Positions 26,190 through 40,139 are shown, numbered from the stretch's first letter. The stretch is 64,000 nt of DNA from Rhynchobatus australiae (GCA_034780895.1 JAUZTB010000107.1:65863671-65927670), one strand, 5' to 3'. Made by a program: numbers and translations. Notes: generated by a model from the sequence alone, not told the origin.

Positions 26190-27487
26190 ATATCACACAG
26201 AAAGCCCACACATGCCATCACATCAATGCTGATCAAAAATAAAGTTCATCCCATTTCTCAGCTCTTGGTCCACAGCTGTGCAAATTACTGTATATGTTTC
26301 TTCAATACAATTAAAATTTAAACAAATAAAAGCAGAATTAGATCATTTAGTCCCTCGTGCCTGATCCCCAATTCAATAAGATCATGGCTGATATTCTACC
26401 TCAATACTACCTTCCTCCATTAACATCATTTCCCTTAACATTAAGGAATCCATTGATCTATCTTGAGCATACTCTCAGGCCTCTATCTTCAGAGGGTGGT
26501 AAATCTGTTGAATTTACTATAGTCTTGGCCAGTGAAATCCAAAAATTCATCACACTCTACAATAAGAGGTTTCTCCCTATTTTGCCCTGAATGGCCAACA
26601 CTCATTTAAAGACTGAGTATCACGAGTTCCAGATGGGGCCAGGCAAGACTATTAAGAATTATGACCACCTTTCATTCTTTGAAAAATCTGAAGAGTACAG
26701 GCCCAGCCTGTATCACCTCTCCTCATACAACAGATCTGCCATCCAAGGAATCAATCCAGTGAAGCTTCATTGAAATAGAAGTTGGCTGACTGATCCAATT
26801 TGACCTCAACACTTTCTGCTCTCTCCCTATACTCCTTGACCCTTGCAGTTCAAATATCTATCAGTCTCTGCCTAGAATATATTCAGACCAATTACCACAG
26901 CTGAGGTAGAGAAATGCAAGTCATGACCATTGGAAAAGAAATTCCTCTTCATTGCCACCTTAAATGGGCATCCCCTTATTCTGAAGCCATGCCTTCGAAG
27001 CTCAAGATACCCTCCCCTTCCTCCATAGCAAATATATAGTTCCTAGATAGATCAGATGTGCAGACAACATTCCAGTTGTCTCAGCAGGGCTCTACATAAT
27101 TGTACTCAAATCCTCTTGTAATAACAGCCAACATACCATTCACCTTCCTAATAGTTTGCTGAATCTGCATATTTTCTGTCAGTGATGCGTGTTCAAGGGC
27201 ACCCAGGTCTCTCTGAATACCAACATATTTCAATGTCATAATTTAATAAAAATATTCTGTAATTATTTTTTTCAACCAAAATGGACAAGCACAATTTTCT
27301 ACATTATATTTAATCTGCCATATCCTTGCCCACACAGAGAGCAAGCAACATCTTCCTGAAGCCTCTCGGCATCTTTCTCACAACCCACACTTTCACTTAG
27401 CTTTCTACCATTAGCAAACTTGAATGTCAGACTTGACTCCACATAGATTATGAGCAGATGGGGCCTAAGCACTGATCCTTGAACTGC
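26190..27487 (-). mobile_element. Stack of several CR1 3' fragments
   Basis: Repeated antisense tails, e.g. ccaattcaataagatcatggctgat and gagtacaggcccagcctg...ctcctcata; ends in antisense QGSVLRP. Confidence 0.75.
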
Positions 27488-27893
27488 GTTTTCTTCAGCA
27501 ATTCCTCGGGACTGAGGATGACTTATATTCACCCTTGTTTTCTGAATGTGTAAGTGGCTAACAAAGTCAATAGGGAAACATAAGACTTTTCCACAGATGG
27601 GACAAGAGGTGGCTGGAAGTGCAAGTGGGCAGGTAGTTTGCAAGATGGTGCCCTCCTTCTGCCACTTACACTGGGCTTTTCTGTGCTCCCAATGCACAGG
27701 CTTTAAGTTCACAATATTATCCTGAATGTTCCTCCTCTACTTGAGCAGTCATGGGCCAGTGGCTCTCAGGAGTTTGTGGGGATGTTGCCATGCCAGGAAT
27801 TTTGAATACATCCTTGAGTCTTCTTCAGTCTACCTGATTATTCTAATATGTTTTGTGAAAGGAAATTGGGTGTATGTTTTAGGAATCTGACAC
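27488..27893 (-). mobile_element. RTE LINE 3' end inserted in CR1
   Basis: Minus ORF TSCPICGKVL..IDFVSHLHI (C-terminal CCHH-like motif) and tail SHPQSRGIAE. Confidence 0.8.
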
Positions 27894-28945
27894 AGCATTA
27901 CACTGAACACAGCCTCCCAACCTAAAAATGACCCATATTTTATTTCTGACTGTTAACCAGTCTGCAATCCAAATCTGTATCATATCTCCCATACCATATG
28001 CTAATTTGTAATAATTTGTGCAACATTTTATCAAAGGCCTTCTGCAAGTCTAAATACATCACATTAACTAGTTTGCCCTTTTCTATTCTGCTTGTTGCAA
28101 CATTAAAGGAGTTTCCTTTCATTAATCCACTCCAGTACTCATATCTCAATGTGGTGAGCACTTCTGCCACCACATCCTTTTAAGCAGAGTGTTCCAGAAC
28201 CCCACTCAGCAAAAAACTGTTTCTCAAATCTAATTTTTCCGCCAATTAACTTCCATCTATGCTTGCTATTAGCTCCTTAACTCTCTGCCAAGGAAATAGG
28301 CGTAAGCTAGGTCTCTCAATTTTGGACATCTCAATTAAAACCAGCATCTCCTGTTCTGAAGAAAATCTCAATCTAGAGAACACAAATTTTAATTCTTCAT
28401 ACTGGAAACATTTTCATTAATCTCTGTACATTCTCTTATGTTTATCATAACCTTCCTGCAGTGTGGTGACCAGCACTGTAAATCATACTCTAACTGTAGC
28501 CCGACTATTTTACATAATTCCATCATGACCTCCCTGCACTTCAATGCAATGCCTCTACCTGCAAAGGGTAGTTCTTAACTACCCTTTCTATCGGCCCTGT
28601 TACCTTTAGGATTTATGGTCATGTATTCCAAAGTCTCCTCTGTTCCTCTACCATTTATCATGTATTCCCACATACTTATTTGGATTGAATTCTATTTGCC
28701 ACTTATGTACCCACTTTACTGGTCCAATGAAATCTTGTAGCTGTGAACGTTCATCCTCATTAAGAACCATATTGCCAATTTTGGTTATCACCAAGCTTCT
28801 CGACAACTGTGTCTGCATTCAAGTCCAATTCATATACTTTTATCACAAAAGGAGACTAGCTAAAAACCACTGCAAACAGTCCTACAATTGCTCTAATTCC
28901 CATCAGCCATTATCTTTTCCTTTCTGCTTCTGCAGCACAAGGCAG
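27894..28945 (-). mobile_element. CR1 fragments (continuation plus a second copy)
   Basis: Minus ORF VNVMYLDLQKAFDKM; a second antisense 3' region runs 28150-28945. Confidence 0.8.
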
Positions 28946-28949
28946 CAGT

Positions 28950-30288
28950 GGTGCAGGGTTCGTCAACAATCTTACAGACTCCTGGCAAAATGCTTATGGC
29001 CAAACACTGGAAAATTATGGACAGTATCAGCTATTTCTTTCCTGTTTCTAGATCCTGGGATACATTTCACATATGCCTAGTTTGGCTGATGGCTTGGAAA
29101 GCTCACAAAAGCCTCATATTTGGCTGTGCTCAGAAACTTTCTCACCACTGTACATCTACTCTATTATGCTACACAAAGCAAGATTCTAATCAATGAGCCA
29201 CCAAAAACCAAATCCAGGCAAAGATCAATTAGGAGGCTTCATCATCCTCTTCTCAATCTTCCTTGTTGCAAAACAAGCACCCTAATCAAGTATACTTAAC
29301 TTAACAGGATGAACAGGAAATTTTTCAACCTGCATTGCTTCCACTCCATAACCAAGGTCATATTAACTTATCAACTTAAAAGTATGAAGACAACTCTTGT
29401 TTCCTTAGTATTTGGAGACAAGTTCTAAATCATCACTGGTTCTTCACTGAAGCACAAGATGAGTCTTGCATTAAAGATCAAGAAAAAAGGTTCTCTACCA
29501 ACCTATCCCTGTTGTACAACACTGCCACCATCATCTCCGACCAATCAAAATGAACAAGACCCTGTAAATTTGTGCACCGTCCATTTCTTGGGAGCTACCT
29601 TTCAATGAAGGCAGGCATCAAGGATGAAATTCAACACGGCTTCCAGCATATTAGCATGTTTCAGTCAATTAAGGCCAAAAGCATTTGAAAACCAAGATCT
29701 CAACCCCACATCAATTTCATGATATGCTGAGCAGCAGTGATTCCCCTGCTCTCCTGTATGCCTCGGAGGCATGGACAATCTACTGCAGGCTCTTCAATGG
29801 ACTGGAAAATCCATAAAATCCATTGGCACAAGGGCAATAACCCCAGCTTTGAAGTACTGATCACAGTCAACCAGCTCACTAGGTCAAGTCAGCTGTGCAC
29901 CTGATATCATACTTCCAAAACAAGAACTCTTTCTTCAACCACTACTGAGGGATTTCCAGGTGGATAGAAAAATACCTTAAAAAAACATTCTTAAAATCTC
30001 AAAAACAAATGAGCCATCCTCATCAACTCATGGGAACCCACGGCTCATGAATCTTTAAAAAGGGAGTAGCAGCATTTGGAAGATGCATCTCCCAGCTCTG
30101 ATGTGAGCACATGGAGACCATATGCAAAGGGTGGAAAAAAATCAAAATAAGCCACTTGCCTTGTCAAATACCTATCCCACTTGTGGCAGGGTCTGCAGAC
30201 CCCGTGTAGGTCTCTTTAGCTATCTTAGAACCGTCAGAACTTGAGGAAAAAGTTCATTCTTGACACCCAAAGGAATTCTGAGAAGACA
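28950..30288 (+). mobile_element. Decayed RTE LINE inserted in CR1
   Basis: ccatttcttgggagctacctttcaatgaaggcaggcatcaaggatgaaattcaacac (PFLGSYLS.KA.IKDEIQH); LLYASEAWT; acttgtggcagggtctgc; RTE tail. Confidence 0.8.
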
Positions 30289-31190
30289 TTTCCTGCCAAC
30301 ATTTAACCCACTTCACCACTTACCCTGAAATTCAATGGGCTTTAACTAATAATGCTGTCACTTGGGACTTTGTCAAACACCTTGCCAAAATCTGTGTATA
30401 CAGTAAATATGCTGTCCTCATCAACCCTCCTTATTACCTCAAAAGCTTCAATTCAGTCAAATCCTTCCTTTACCAAATCCAAACTGACTGTCCTTGATTA
30501 ACTGGTGCCTCCCTCTATAATGCTCTCTACCATTCTTTAGAATGTTTACAAAACTTTGTCACTGCCAGCATCAGGTAGATACCTGGACTATTCCTTTTTA
30601 AAAGGATGGTATCACATCAAGACTCGGAGCCTTTTGGCAACATGCTTGTGGCCAAATAGCACTGGAAAATTATGATTAAAACCTGTGCTATTTCTTTCCT
30701 TGGTTCTTTAAAATCCTGGACATTTCACAAAGACCTCACAAATTATCCACCTTCAAAGATGTTACACCTGATTTTCCTTTCAAAAGGAAATGCTGATTCT
30801 GCTCAATTCTATTATTCTTTCCAAGTGTTATGTTATTACATCATCATAGATTCTAGCACTTTCCCCACTACTTGCACCACTAACATTACAAAAAAAAATG
30901 CCATTACGAATAAGACTACTACCTTGGTCTTTAATTGGAAGGACTAATTATGCTCTAATCATTTGCCTTTGCATATTTATGGAACACTGCAGGGTTTGCC
31001 TCGATTTTACCTGCAAATATAATTTCAGGCTCTTTCTTTGCTTTCCTAACTTGCTTTTTCACTTTGTCACCATGGAAAACTGAACTGTATGTATCATAAG
31101 CTTTGGTTTTAGTTTATTCTACCCTACACGTTCCTTAATTTCCACCACAGGTAGTCCAGAAGTGGGAACTCACATCTATCGTTTAATGGG
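30289..31190 (-). mobile_element. CR1 continuation (RT to EN)
   Basis: actttgtcaaacaccttgccaaaatctgtgtatac is antisense VYTDFGKVFDKV. Confidence 0.7.
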
Positions 31191-31249
31191 TATATATGCA
31201 CTTTCATGCGTATGTAACAATGCATGATGTAATGCTTGAGTAATGGACT

Positions 31250-31625
31250 CAGTCTAATACATCATGGGCACATCCCTCCCCATCATTGATAATATCTACA
31301 GGAGGTGCTACCTCAAGGCAATATTCAAAGATCCTCCCCATCTGGGCCATGCCACCTTCTTGCAGCTACCACTGGGCACTTCAACCATTTGTTTCTTGAA
31401 CCCGTAACACTGCAGTTTAGCAACACTATGACCACTTTGCACGAAAATAGATTTTGTTTCTTTGTTCTAATTGTGTTCTTATAATTGTTTTCTTGTTAAA
31501 ATTGTGTATAAATTTACATTTAATTTTTCTTTTTCTTTGTGACTCCTGCTTTTATGATGCTATGTGCTTGTGATGAGTTTTTCACTGCACCTGTGCATAA
31601 AGGTACTTGTGCATATGACAATTTT
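31250..31625 (+). mobile_element. Rex1/Babar LINE 3' end
   Basis: MGTSLPIIDNIYRRCYLKAIFKDPPHLGHATFLQLPLG resembles LPSI..IY..RC..KA..IIKDP.HP.H.LF.LLPSG; followed by a T-rich 3' UTR and tail gtgcatatgacaat. Confidence 0.75.
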
Positions 31626-31680
31626 TGAACTTTCACAATCTCCTCCTGAATGTGTCCCATTGGTCTGACACTTCCATATA

Positions 31681-32191
31681 CTGTGGTATGCAAAAGTTTG
31701 GGCACCCCGGTCAAAATTATTGTTACTGTGAATAATTGAGTAGAAGATGAACTGATCACCAAAAGTCATAAAGTTAAAGATGAAAAATTCTTTTCAACAT
31801 TTTAAGCACGATTAGTGTATTATTTTTGTTTTGTACAATTTTAGAGTGAAAAAAGGAAGGGAGCACCATGCAAAAGTATGGGCACCCCAAGAGATTTGAG
31901 CTCTCAGATAACTTTTACCAAGGTCTCAGACCTTCATTAGCTTGTTAGGGCTATGNNNNNNNNNNNNNNNNNNNNNNNNNNNNNNNNNNNNNNNNNNNNN
32001 NNNNNNNNNNNNNNNNNNNNNNNNNNNNNNNNNNNNNNNNNNNNNNNNNNNNNNNCTTGCTTAAAATATTAAAGAAATGTGTCATCTTTAACTTTATGCC
32101 TTTTGGAAATCAGGTCATGTTTTACTCACTTAGCTATTATTCACAGTAACATAAATTTTGACCGGGGTGCCCAAACTTTTGCATGCCACTG
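31681..32191. mobile_element. Tc1-family DNA transposon (IR/DR type); interior lost in a 100-N gap
   Basis: TA|ctgtggtatgcaaaagtttgggcaccccggtcaaaatt ... aaattttgaccggggtgcccaaacttttgcatgccactg|TA. The inverted repeats extend about 130 bp to the gap, with an inner direct repeat catgcaaaagtatgggcacccc at about 31867. Confidence 0.93.
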
Positions 32192-34194
32192 TACATCCAA
32201 ATTTGCCCCCAAAAGCAGGACTTCATTTTAGCCACTTGAACAGCTGACAAGTGGACATTCTACATCAAATGAGCAGTTTAGCATGTTTAAGGATACAATC
32301 ACTTTTGTCAGTTGCTTTTCTCTTTTCTGATGTTAGCTCCTTACTTAAGCATAGTTTAGAAGGCTCCAGTAGCTCCTTAAAGCTCATATAGAGAGGCATT
32401 CTTTATTTACCTTCTGACACAAAGTGAATACAGGCTAATTATCTGTCAGGGACAAGACAACCAATTCTTTGGCTCTTTTTTGCCCAAGATGTGCAAGGTC
32501 CATATTCAAGCATTTCTGATTAGATTTACTGGATTACACTAGGAACAGCATTTTTGGACAATTTTTTTTTTCCTTTCTGTTCCTGGGNNNNNNNNNNNNN
32601 NNNNNNNNNNNNNNNNNNNNNNNNNNNNNNNNNNNNNNNNNNNNNNNNNNNNNNNNNNNNNNNNNNNNNNNNNNNNNNNNNNNNNNNCCTGGGAACAGTG
32701 AAGCTAACTGTAGCAATGAATCCCCCAAGTGAGATCAGCTAACTCAAAGGTCAGCATTACATCAAGGGAATTTTTGGTTTGAGCTCAGATAACTCATTGA
32801 GTATCTGTAAAGCTTTTCTTTCAAACCACTGTGAACATGTGAACTGCACTAGAAAATAAGGTGGACAAACACTCTTCAAAAATGAAACATGCAATCATAG
32901 CTTTGGCATTTAAAATTTGCCTTACAAAATAAAAAAATGTGTCTTTACAAACATTAGAACTATCAAAACTCATCAATAGACTTGTTTACCCAATCCTAAA
33001 AAGATGAGTCCTAATACTAACCTTCTCAATATCAATATTCTATCCATTTGTATTACCTGAGGACACTGGCCTCATCAAGATCAATACTGTTCTGCCTACT
33101 ATTCACCCCTTTCCTCCAAGAAAGGAATATAGATGATGTCTGCATTACGGCAGTTGTGGTAACTGAAATTCGCCCTTATGGAATTCACAAATCACTACCA
33201 AAAACATCTGGGATGTAGAATAAAAATTCTTTAAGAAATTTGTGAAAAATAGTATATAAACAAAGTTTCTTTGAACTCGCATTTTCTTGTTGCATGTGCA
33301 GATGACATGGCTTTGCATTACGGAAAATTGTGATACTGACCGTTTACTGGTAATGCAAGCATCCCAACCCCCCCACCCCAACCAATTTGATCCAGATCTA
33401 AATTAGAATAGCAGAAGTGAACTGCAATGGAATTCATTTGGATAGTGGATCAATCCATCACACCTTGCTGTGCATTCACTTCTCATCACAGATTAAAATG
33501 ATGTTCCATTGTAAAACCGCTAATCCTGACAAATGCAATTTTTGCAATTCAATATAGTTAAAAATACTCAGGCTTAGTCATGTTGGAACTTGCTGTAGTT
33601 CCACTTTATGCACAGAGCACTAGATCCAACAGTGCATTCGCCCAATTTAAAGCTCAAATACTCTGAACCCTTACTACTCTGTCTTAGAGGGGGGACAAAA
33701 AGCAATGGTGGAAAGTGCACGAGTTACACAGAAGAGTGGAAGCCTTGAGGCAGCAAAACAAACCAATGAATAAAAATGGCTGGAGGAATTAATTGGAAGA
33801 GATGGGCTCTCACCACCAGAACTGATAGTTGTCAAAGGCATGTATTATTAGATTGGTCAGTATCGGTAGATATGAGAGTTTAGAATCTCTCAAGTTATGT
33901 TTATAGATTCTAAAATTATTAGAACATATTATAGGGTTAATGAAAATGTATCAAAAGCCTTGCTAACTATAAAGTAATATTTAGAATGAAACCCGAAATA
34001 ACTACTAATTCACTGCAACCACTCAGAACAGAGAATCAATCCAACAGCTGAACAGGTGAAGAAACAATGAAAGCCTGACAAATTAACAACAGCCCATTGG
34101 GATTTGTTATCTGCCTGCCTTTTGCTTCTTTAAATATCTGAAAACATGAAATGGCTTTATTATACTTGTGTATATTACATTGTACTCAATGATG

Positions 34195-36380
34195 CTCAAT
34201 CATGGAATATGCAGTTCACTGGTAAGGCCAGTTTTCTTGGATATTTCTGATTGTTCTTTAATAAGGTACAACTAAACTATCTTCTTTTAATCCCTGCAAT
34301 CCTTGTGGGAAAGGTAATCATGCAGTGCTGTTAAGTAGTTTCAAGATTTAGACAGGTTGCAGCTGCAGTGGAGCAACAGTACATAAAAAAACATATGAAT
34401 GCAAAAATTAGTTTGGGGAGATGGACTTCTGCCAACAGGAGGCACTTTGTCCAAAATAGTGTCAAGCTGAAAAATGCTCTTGAAGCTTCATTCGTTCAAG
34501 GACGTTACAATTTTCTGATCCACTGTTGACTTGTACTAACTCCTACAGCAATGCTCTGGGGCCACAATCAAATACTGCCTTGATGCAAGGGGCAGTCACT
34601 CATGCTACTAATGGAATTCAGCCCTTCTATTTACGTTTGGCCCAAGAATATCAAGAATTATGGAGCAGAGTTGTCCAGGCGGAATACAAACCAAACATCA
34701 GTCAGCTGCTTAGTTGAGAACAAGTGCTACTTGACAGTACAACTGATGACATTTTCTATATTATTAATGATTTAGCACAAACCAATGAGGAGTTAACTTA
34801 TCCAATTTGTCATGATGTTTGTTGGCAGGACATCCTTGAGAAGAGTGTGCAGATGAGGACTTCTCCTGTTCTAGAGAGCAGGCAATGTTCTGTCAATTTA
34901 CACAAACTGACTAATCTCCTTAAAGATTATAACAATATTGCTGTTTCACAAGTTCTTTAGAATCTCCTCATACCAGATTTGAAGAAAGTTTGTAAAGATT
35001 CTTTACCTCTATCCTTATTGACTTCAACTTGTGAGCTTTCTGGTCAAACAGGCTTGTTTGAATGATGGCTGCCAGTGACAGATTCTCTTTCAGAACACTA
35101 AGAGATTGAATTTATAGTGGTGGCTGTCACAATTGACTCATTGTTCAAGAATATCTCAAAGTCCCTTTCATTTGGCTTTAATTACTTTAAATTCCTTAAG
35201 GACCATCAACCCATCCTTGGTTCAGTATAGTGTGGACCATGGGATTTTGGGCCAGAAATGGTCTGTATAGTGTGGAAATTTTTCTCCAGATATATCAAGG
35301 AAAAATAGTTGAATTGATGGATATATTGGAAAAGAAAACTGGAACTACACAATTTGCCAGTTAGAAAAATGTTAATATTTGAAGAATAATACTTAATCAG
35401 AACTGAGGGCATTCTAAGGAAGAGTCACATTTGAAAAGTTAACCATAATCAAAGAAATGTTTCCCTAGAAAGCCTAGCATTTATTGTCTGTTCTTAATTG
35501 CCCCTGNNNNNNNNNNNNNNNNNNNNNNNNNNNNNNNNNNNNNNNNNNNNNNNNNNNNNNNNNNNNNNNNNNNNNNNNNNNNNNNNNNNNNNNNNNNNNN
35601 NNNNNNGTACTACATCCTTGATGCTGTCTGGGCCCACTACCCAAATCCAGTGGATGCAGGAGTATCTTGACATGAAGTGGAGTGAATTAAATTGGTTGAA
35701 GATTGGCTTGTGATGGTAAAAGTCCTCACAGGGCAGTTTTGGCTGAATATAGTTACCAATGCATGCTCATCTTTACACTTACAAGCTGGGCTTTGCCATT
35801 CTTGGTGACAATCTTCAATGTTTCTACTTCCTGTTGATTGTTTCATCCTCCACCATCCTCAACTGGATATGCTAGTGCTTAGTAATAGCACAATCCATTA
35901 GTTGTATGATTGTTAAGTTCTATTTAATGCAGCTACATTCTTTACCCATAATGCTTCTTTAATATTGTATTCAATATGGAGATCATCTGATTCTTCAGCT
36001 ACGGGAGGGCACTCACGAGGGAATGCCCTGGCCTGCTTCTGACCAGAATTGTATAGAGGACAGAGTCAATACTGAAGACCCAAAACCACTCTCACCCCAC
36101 TGCAAATTACTGTGCCACACCTCTGGAGAGCCTGTCCTGCTGCTGAGACAGGACATAATTAGGTTTGCTTATGGAAGGGCCTGTAACATTGGCTGAAATA
36201 AATAATTCTGTATGCAGACAATGCCTTACTGCTACTTGAAGAATCTGTGGAACCAAACTGCAGGTCTCCTCCAATTTCAACATGATTGCAATAAGGACTT
36301 GAGTCTCTGGGTACATCCCTGCTAAATCGGATGCCGAAATTAATGTTGGGTTGTCTTTCTGGCATAGTAACACTCCAATA
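34195..36380 (-). mobile_element. Old CR1/L2-group LINE fragments (same family as 16290)
   Basis: Antisense 3' tails at 34200 and 35470; EN motif SANVTGPSISKPNYVLSQQQDRLSRG in ORF 36107-36436. Confidence 0.6.
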
Positions 36381-36382
36381 AT

Positions 36383-36532
36383 AGTCATAGAGTCAGAATT
36401 ATACAGCACAGAAACAGGCCCTTTGGCCCAATTCACATAAGCCGACCAAGGTGTCTGCCTGAGCTAGAAGACACAAGAGACTGCAGATGCTGAATATGGA
36501 GCAAAAATAAAGAAAACTGCTGGAGGAACTTA
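36383..36532 (-). repeat. Short CR1 tail joined to a PLE terminal-repeat fragment
   Basis: agtcatagagtcagaattatacagcacagaaacaggccctttggccc, then acacaagagactgcagatgctg...ctgctggaggaact. Confidence 0.75.
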
Positions 36533-36659
36533 GGAATTTTAAACAGATAGTGAATTGTCAGAGTTTTACTACTGTGATTTCTACTGTTGCAATTTCAATC
36601 AACTAGTGGCTTACCCATTAGTTTTGATCTAAACTACAGTGCTGGCAGTCCCATTTCAT

Positions 36660-38470
36660 TTATTTTTATAGGATGTGGGCTTTCCCAGCAAGGCCAGTAT
36701 TCAATACAAATCCCCCTAATTTCCCTTCATGTGCCTGTGAGCCACATCATTGAAAAACTACAGCTCTTTTGGTGAAGATAGTCAGTTATAGCTGTATAGT
36801 AGAGTTCAAAAAGTCAGATACATCACGAGAAGGTATGGTTATATATTCCCAATTCAGAATAATAAGCAAATTTGTGACATAAGGATCTCTTGACCCTGGT
36901 AGTTGAGGATTTACATTTGGGAGTTGTTGAAGTAGACTTGGTGAGTAAAGGTGGTGCAGCTGCAATGTTCTAGTAGTGGATTGGGTACCAAACATTGTTC
37001 TGGATGGTGTTGAACATTTTGAGTACTATCAGAGCAGAATTAATCCAGGCATTTAACTCATCTTAACTTCTGCCTTGCAGATGGTGGAATGGCTTTGGAA
37101 AGTCAGGATGAGAGTCACTGAGCTGGTCTTGGAGACAGTATTTAAATGGTTGATCCTAACCCCAATTTCTGATCAATGGTGATCAGTGTTGATGAGAGAA
37201 CTTGGTGAAAGCAATACCTACCACGTTAACATCAATAAGTAGTTAAATCATCTACTATCAGAAATGTAGAATGGCTAGCACTTAAATAACAAGAACATTA
37301 CCTCAAAGTTATTAGCCTGTGCCTGAATATTGTACAGGTCTCACTGAGCACCAATGAAAGCTGCTTCAGTTTTTGACAAACTATGAATGGAATTGAATAA
37401 ACAGCAAACATCTACACTTCTGACCCTGTGATAGAAGGAAGTAATTGATGAAGCAGCTGATAATGGTTAGGCCTTGGGGAATTCTGAGCAACTCCTGCAA
37501 CATCTTCCTTTGTGTGAATTATGAATCTATCCAGAGAACAGCCCAGTCCTTGATACGAGCTGATCCTCTACAACATCAGCTCAATACCAGTGTTATAAAT
37601 TTTACTCCAACGGCTTGGGTAGATGCATGGCTCATCCTGAGTATCAAGTCTACTGATACACAGAAAAGTCGCCAATTCATCCCAGTGCCTTTTCTATATC
37701 TAGTGGTCTATGTAGGTTCTTCGTATCCTGTGGAGTAAAGTAAACTGGCTGATAGCAGAGATATGGATCATCTGCTTGGCAATCGTGTCTTTGGGTGCCA
37801 CCATCGTCAAGGATGTGCATGATCCTGGAGTCTGTTCCTCCCATTATTTATTTTGTTCACCATAATTCATGACTTGGTGTGAAAGGATTTTAGAGCTTTC
37901 ATCTGATCCACTGGGTATGGGATAGCATAACTTTCTACTGTCACTGCTACACTCACATGCAGTCATGTCAGGTTGCTGTCTCATTTTTAAGTATACCTGG
38001 TGTTTGTCTTGGTATGCCCTTCAGCATTCCTTATTGACCCAGTATTGGTACCTCAGCTGGATCCTAAAGAGTGAGAGGAATACTACAACACATGGATTAC
38101 AATTCTGCTGCTACTACTACCATCAAGAATTTCCAGTTTTCTGCTATGATCTATTTGAATCTATCTTGTTTAAAATTGACAGAAGTGTAAGGCTTCTCAA
38201 TTAACACTGTTTTTGGAGAGAAGATAGGGCTTAGTCCACGTAAGGGCTGTGCGATGATTACTCCCACCAAAAACATCATGGACAGATGCAACTGCATCAG
38301 GTAGGCTGGTGAGAATGAGAGTGTTTATTCCTCCTGCCAGTCTACCTGTTGCATTCCCAATCAGGAAGGCATATCCTTGAAATCTCAGTCAACGTGATCA
38401 GTGCAGATACCACCAAACCAATCTTCATGTTTAACCAAGTGCCCCTGCTGGAGTATATTCAGTCCCCTCA
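36660..38470 (-). mobile_element. Decayed CR1/L2-group LINE (tail to EN)
   Basis: Tail ggatgtgggctttcccagcaaggccag; antisense RT acagcaaacatctacacttctgac...ttgatgaagcagctgataatggttaggcc (P.IISCFIN...EV.MFA). Confidence 0.75.
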
Positions 38471-38539
38471 TTGTCATGTAAAAGACTAAACCTGGTAGAT
38501 GGTCTACGTTTTCCCCTAGTCTCTAATAAAAAAACATTA

Positions 38540-38715
38540 AAAATCCATCTGGTTCACTAAATACAATATGGCAGCATCACAGTCACCAATGCTGACAACA
38601 TTTTTAAATTTCATTTTATTTAGTTAACTACATTTAAATTCCTAAACTACTGTGAAGTAAAATAGAATTCACTTCTCCAGATCATCAGTCCAAACCACTG
38701 GATTGCTAGCCCAAA
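38540..38715 (-). mobile_element. tRNA-derived SINE fragments
   Basis: atttaaattcc...ccagatcatcagtccaaaccactggattgctagccc; similar to 62100-62398. Confidence 0.5.
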
Positions 38716-39299
38716 TGAGAGAAGGAATTATAAAGTTTATATATATGGTACATCAGATTGGGCATAAAAAAGGGATTAAAAGTTTTTTTGATCACACACT
38801 ATTTTTGAATAGTGTTTCACATTCACACTCTTTCCACAGAGAGAAAATTTGACTACATCAAATTGAAGACACTTGGCAGAGTCACTCCTTAAAATATTTT
38901 AGACACATAGACTCCCCGTCTAAAGAATAACATAGAATAGACATCCTTTGTTTCTCTTTTGTATGTTTGCAAATTTAAATGCTAACCAATATAGGAAATG
39001 AGCTTGAACTATCTGCCATTGGTTTTTGATCCTTTGACCAATGGTCTGTGAATGAACTTCCAACTAAAGAATGGAAATGTGAAGGCTGTCCTGCTACTTT
39101 CTAACTGGACATTCAGCATTGTAATCTTTCCCCCTCTCATGTTCCTTGGGCTGAATCCTATGACATTCAAACAAAGTCCCCTCCCAGCCTAAATTGAATA
39201 CTCAAATGGTCCAATATTTTCCCAAGGGACACCACACATTGCCACCATGACTAAACTCTGTTACAATATGGACACTACCCCAAAACTATTTATTCATGT

Positions 39300-39505
39300 T
39301 TAAAAAAAACAGGTGTCACAGACTGACAGACACTTTCTGTGGAAGAAAATATAATGTGCAAGTAATGAGGGGGATATACTGTGACTCAGGCCGAAGAATG
39401 TTTTTCCTTCTCATAAAAGATTATCTTAAACATCAAACTGATTCTCTCCCCACAAATGTTGCCGAACCTGCTGTACATTTCCAGTATTTGCTATTTTTGT
39501 TTTCT
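39300..39505. repeat. Degenerate PLE terminal repeat(s)
   Basis: ctctccccacaaatgttgccgaacctgctgtacatttccagtatttgctatttttg. Confidence 0.5.
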
Positions 39506-40139
39506 CGTGCCTGTTTGTTTTTTGCATTTAAGTATGCTTGATCAACATGTTACAGTGGGAAGATCAACTTTGATTACTCTTAATGACTGAAAGCATACAA
39601 ATACCACATTAAAAAGCCATATTTTAGAACAAATTATTCATCATAAATAGAAATAATAAGATAAGAAATAGCATAACAAACAGATGACGCCAGTGTCTTA
39701 GAAATATACGATTTAAAGTGTCCCACAGTGACTTACATCTTAGAGACAAGATGAAATGCTACCTCAAGGTGATTTTACCAAAATATTTCTAATACCACAT
39801 GTGCAGCTTCTGTGATAATCAAGTTCCCTTGTAGAATGTCAAGTACATAGCTATCACAGACAATGGTTTGATTCTTACAGCTGTAATCTTGCATACACTG
39901 ACAAATTAAGAAACCAAGCCCTGGAAAAAAATGTCTACGAGCACTAAATTGTAACAGACCATTCTTTTCAACCATACATGCACCAAAATACAACTACTCT
40001 ACTCTTGCCCCTACGGAGAAAAAAAATCTCCAAATGCAGTTGACAGAAAATAGTTTATCTAACTCTGAATATTTAATACTTCTAAACCATATTTAAGTAA
40101 TAATGTTAATCAAAATCTTTCAGGCCAGGATTAAAATTA

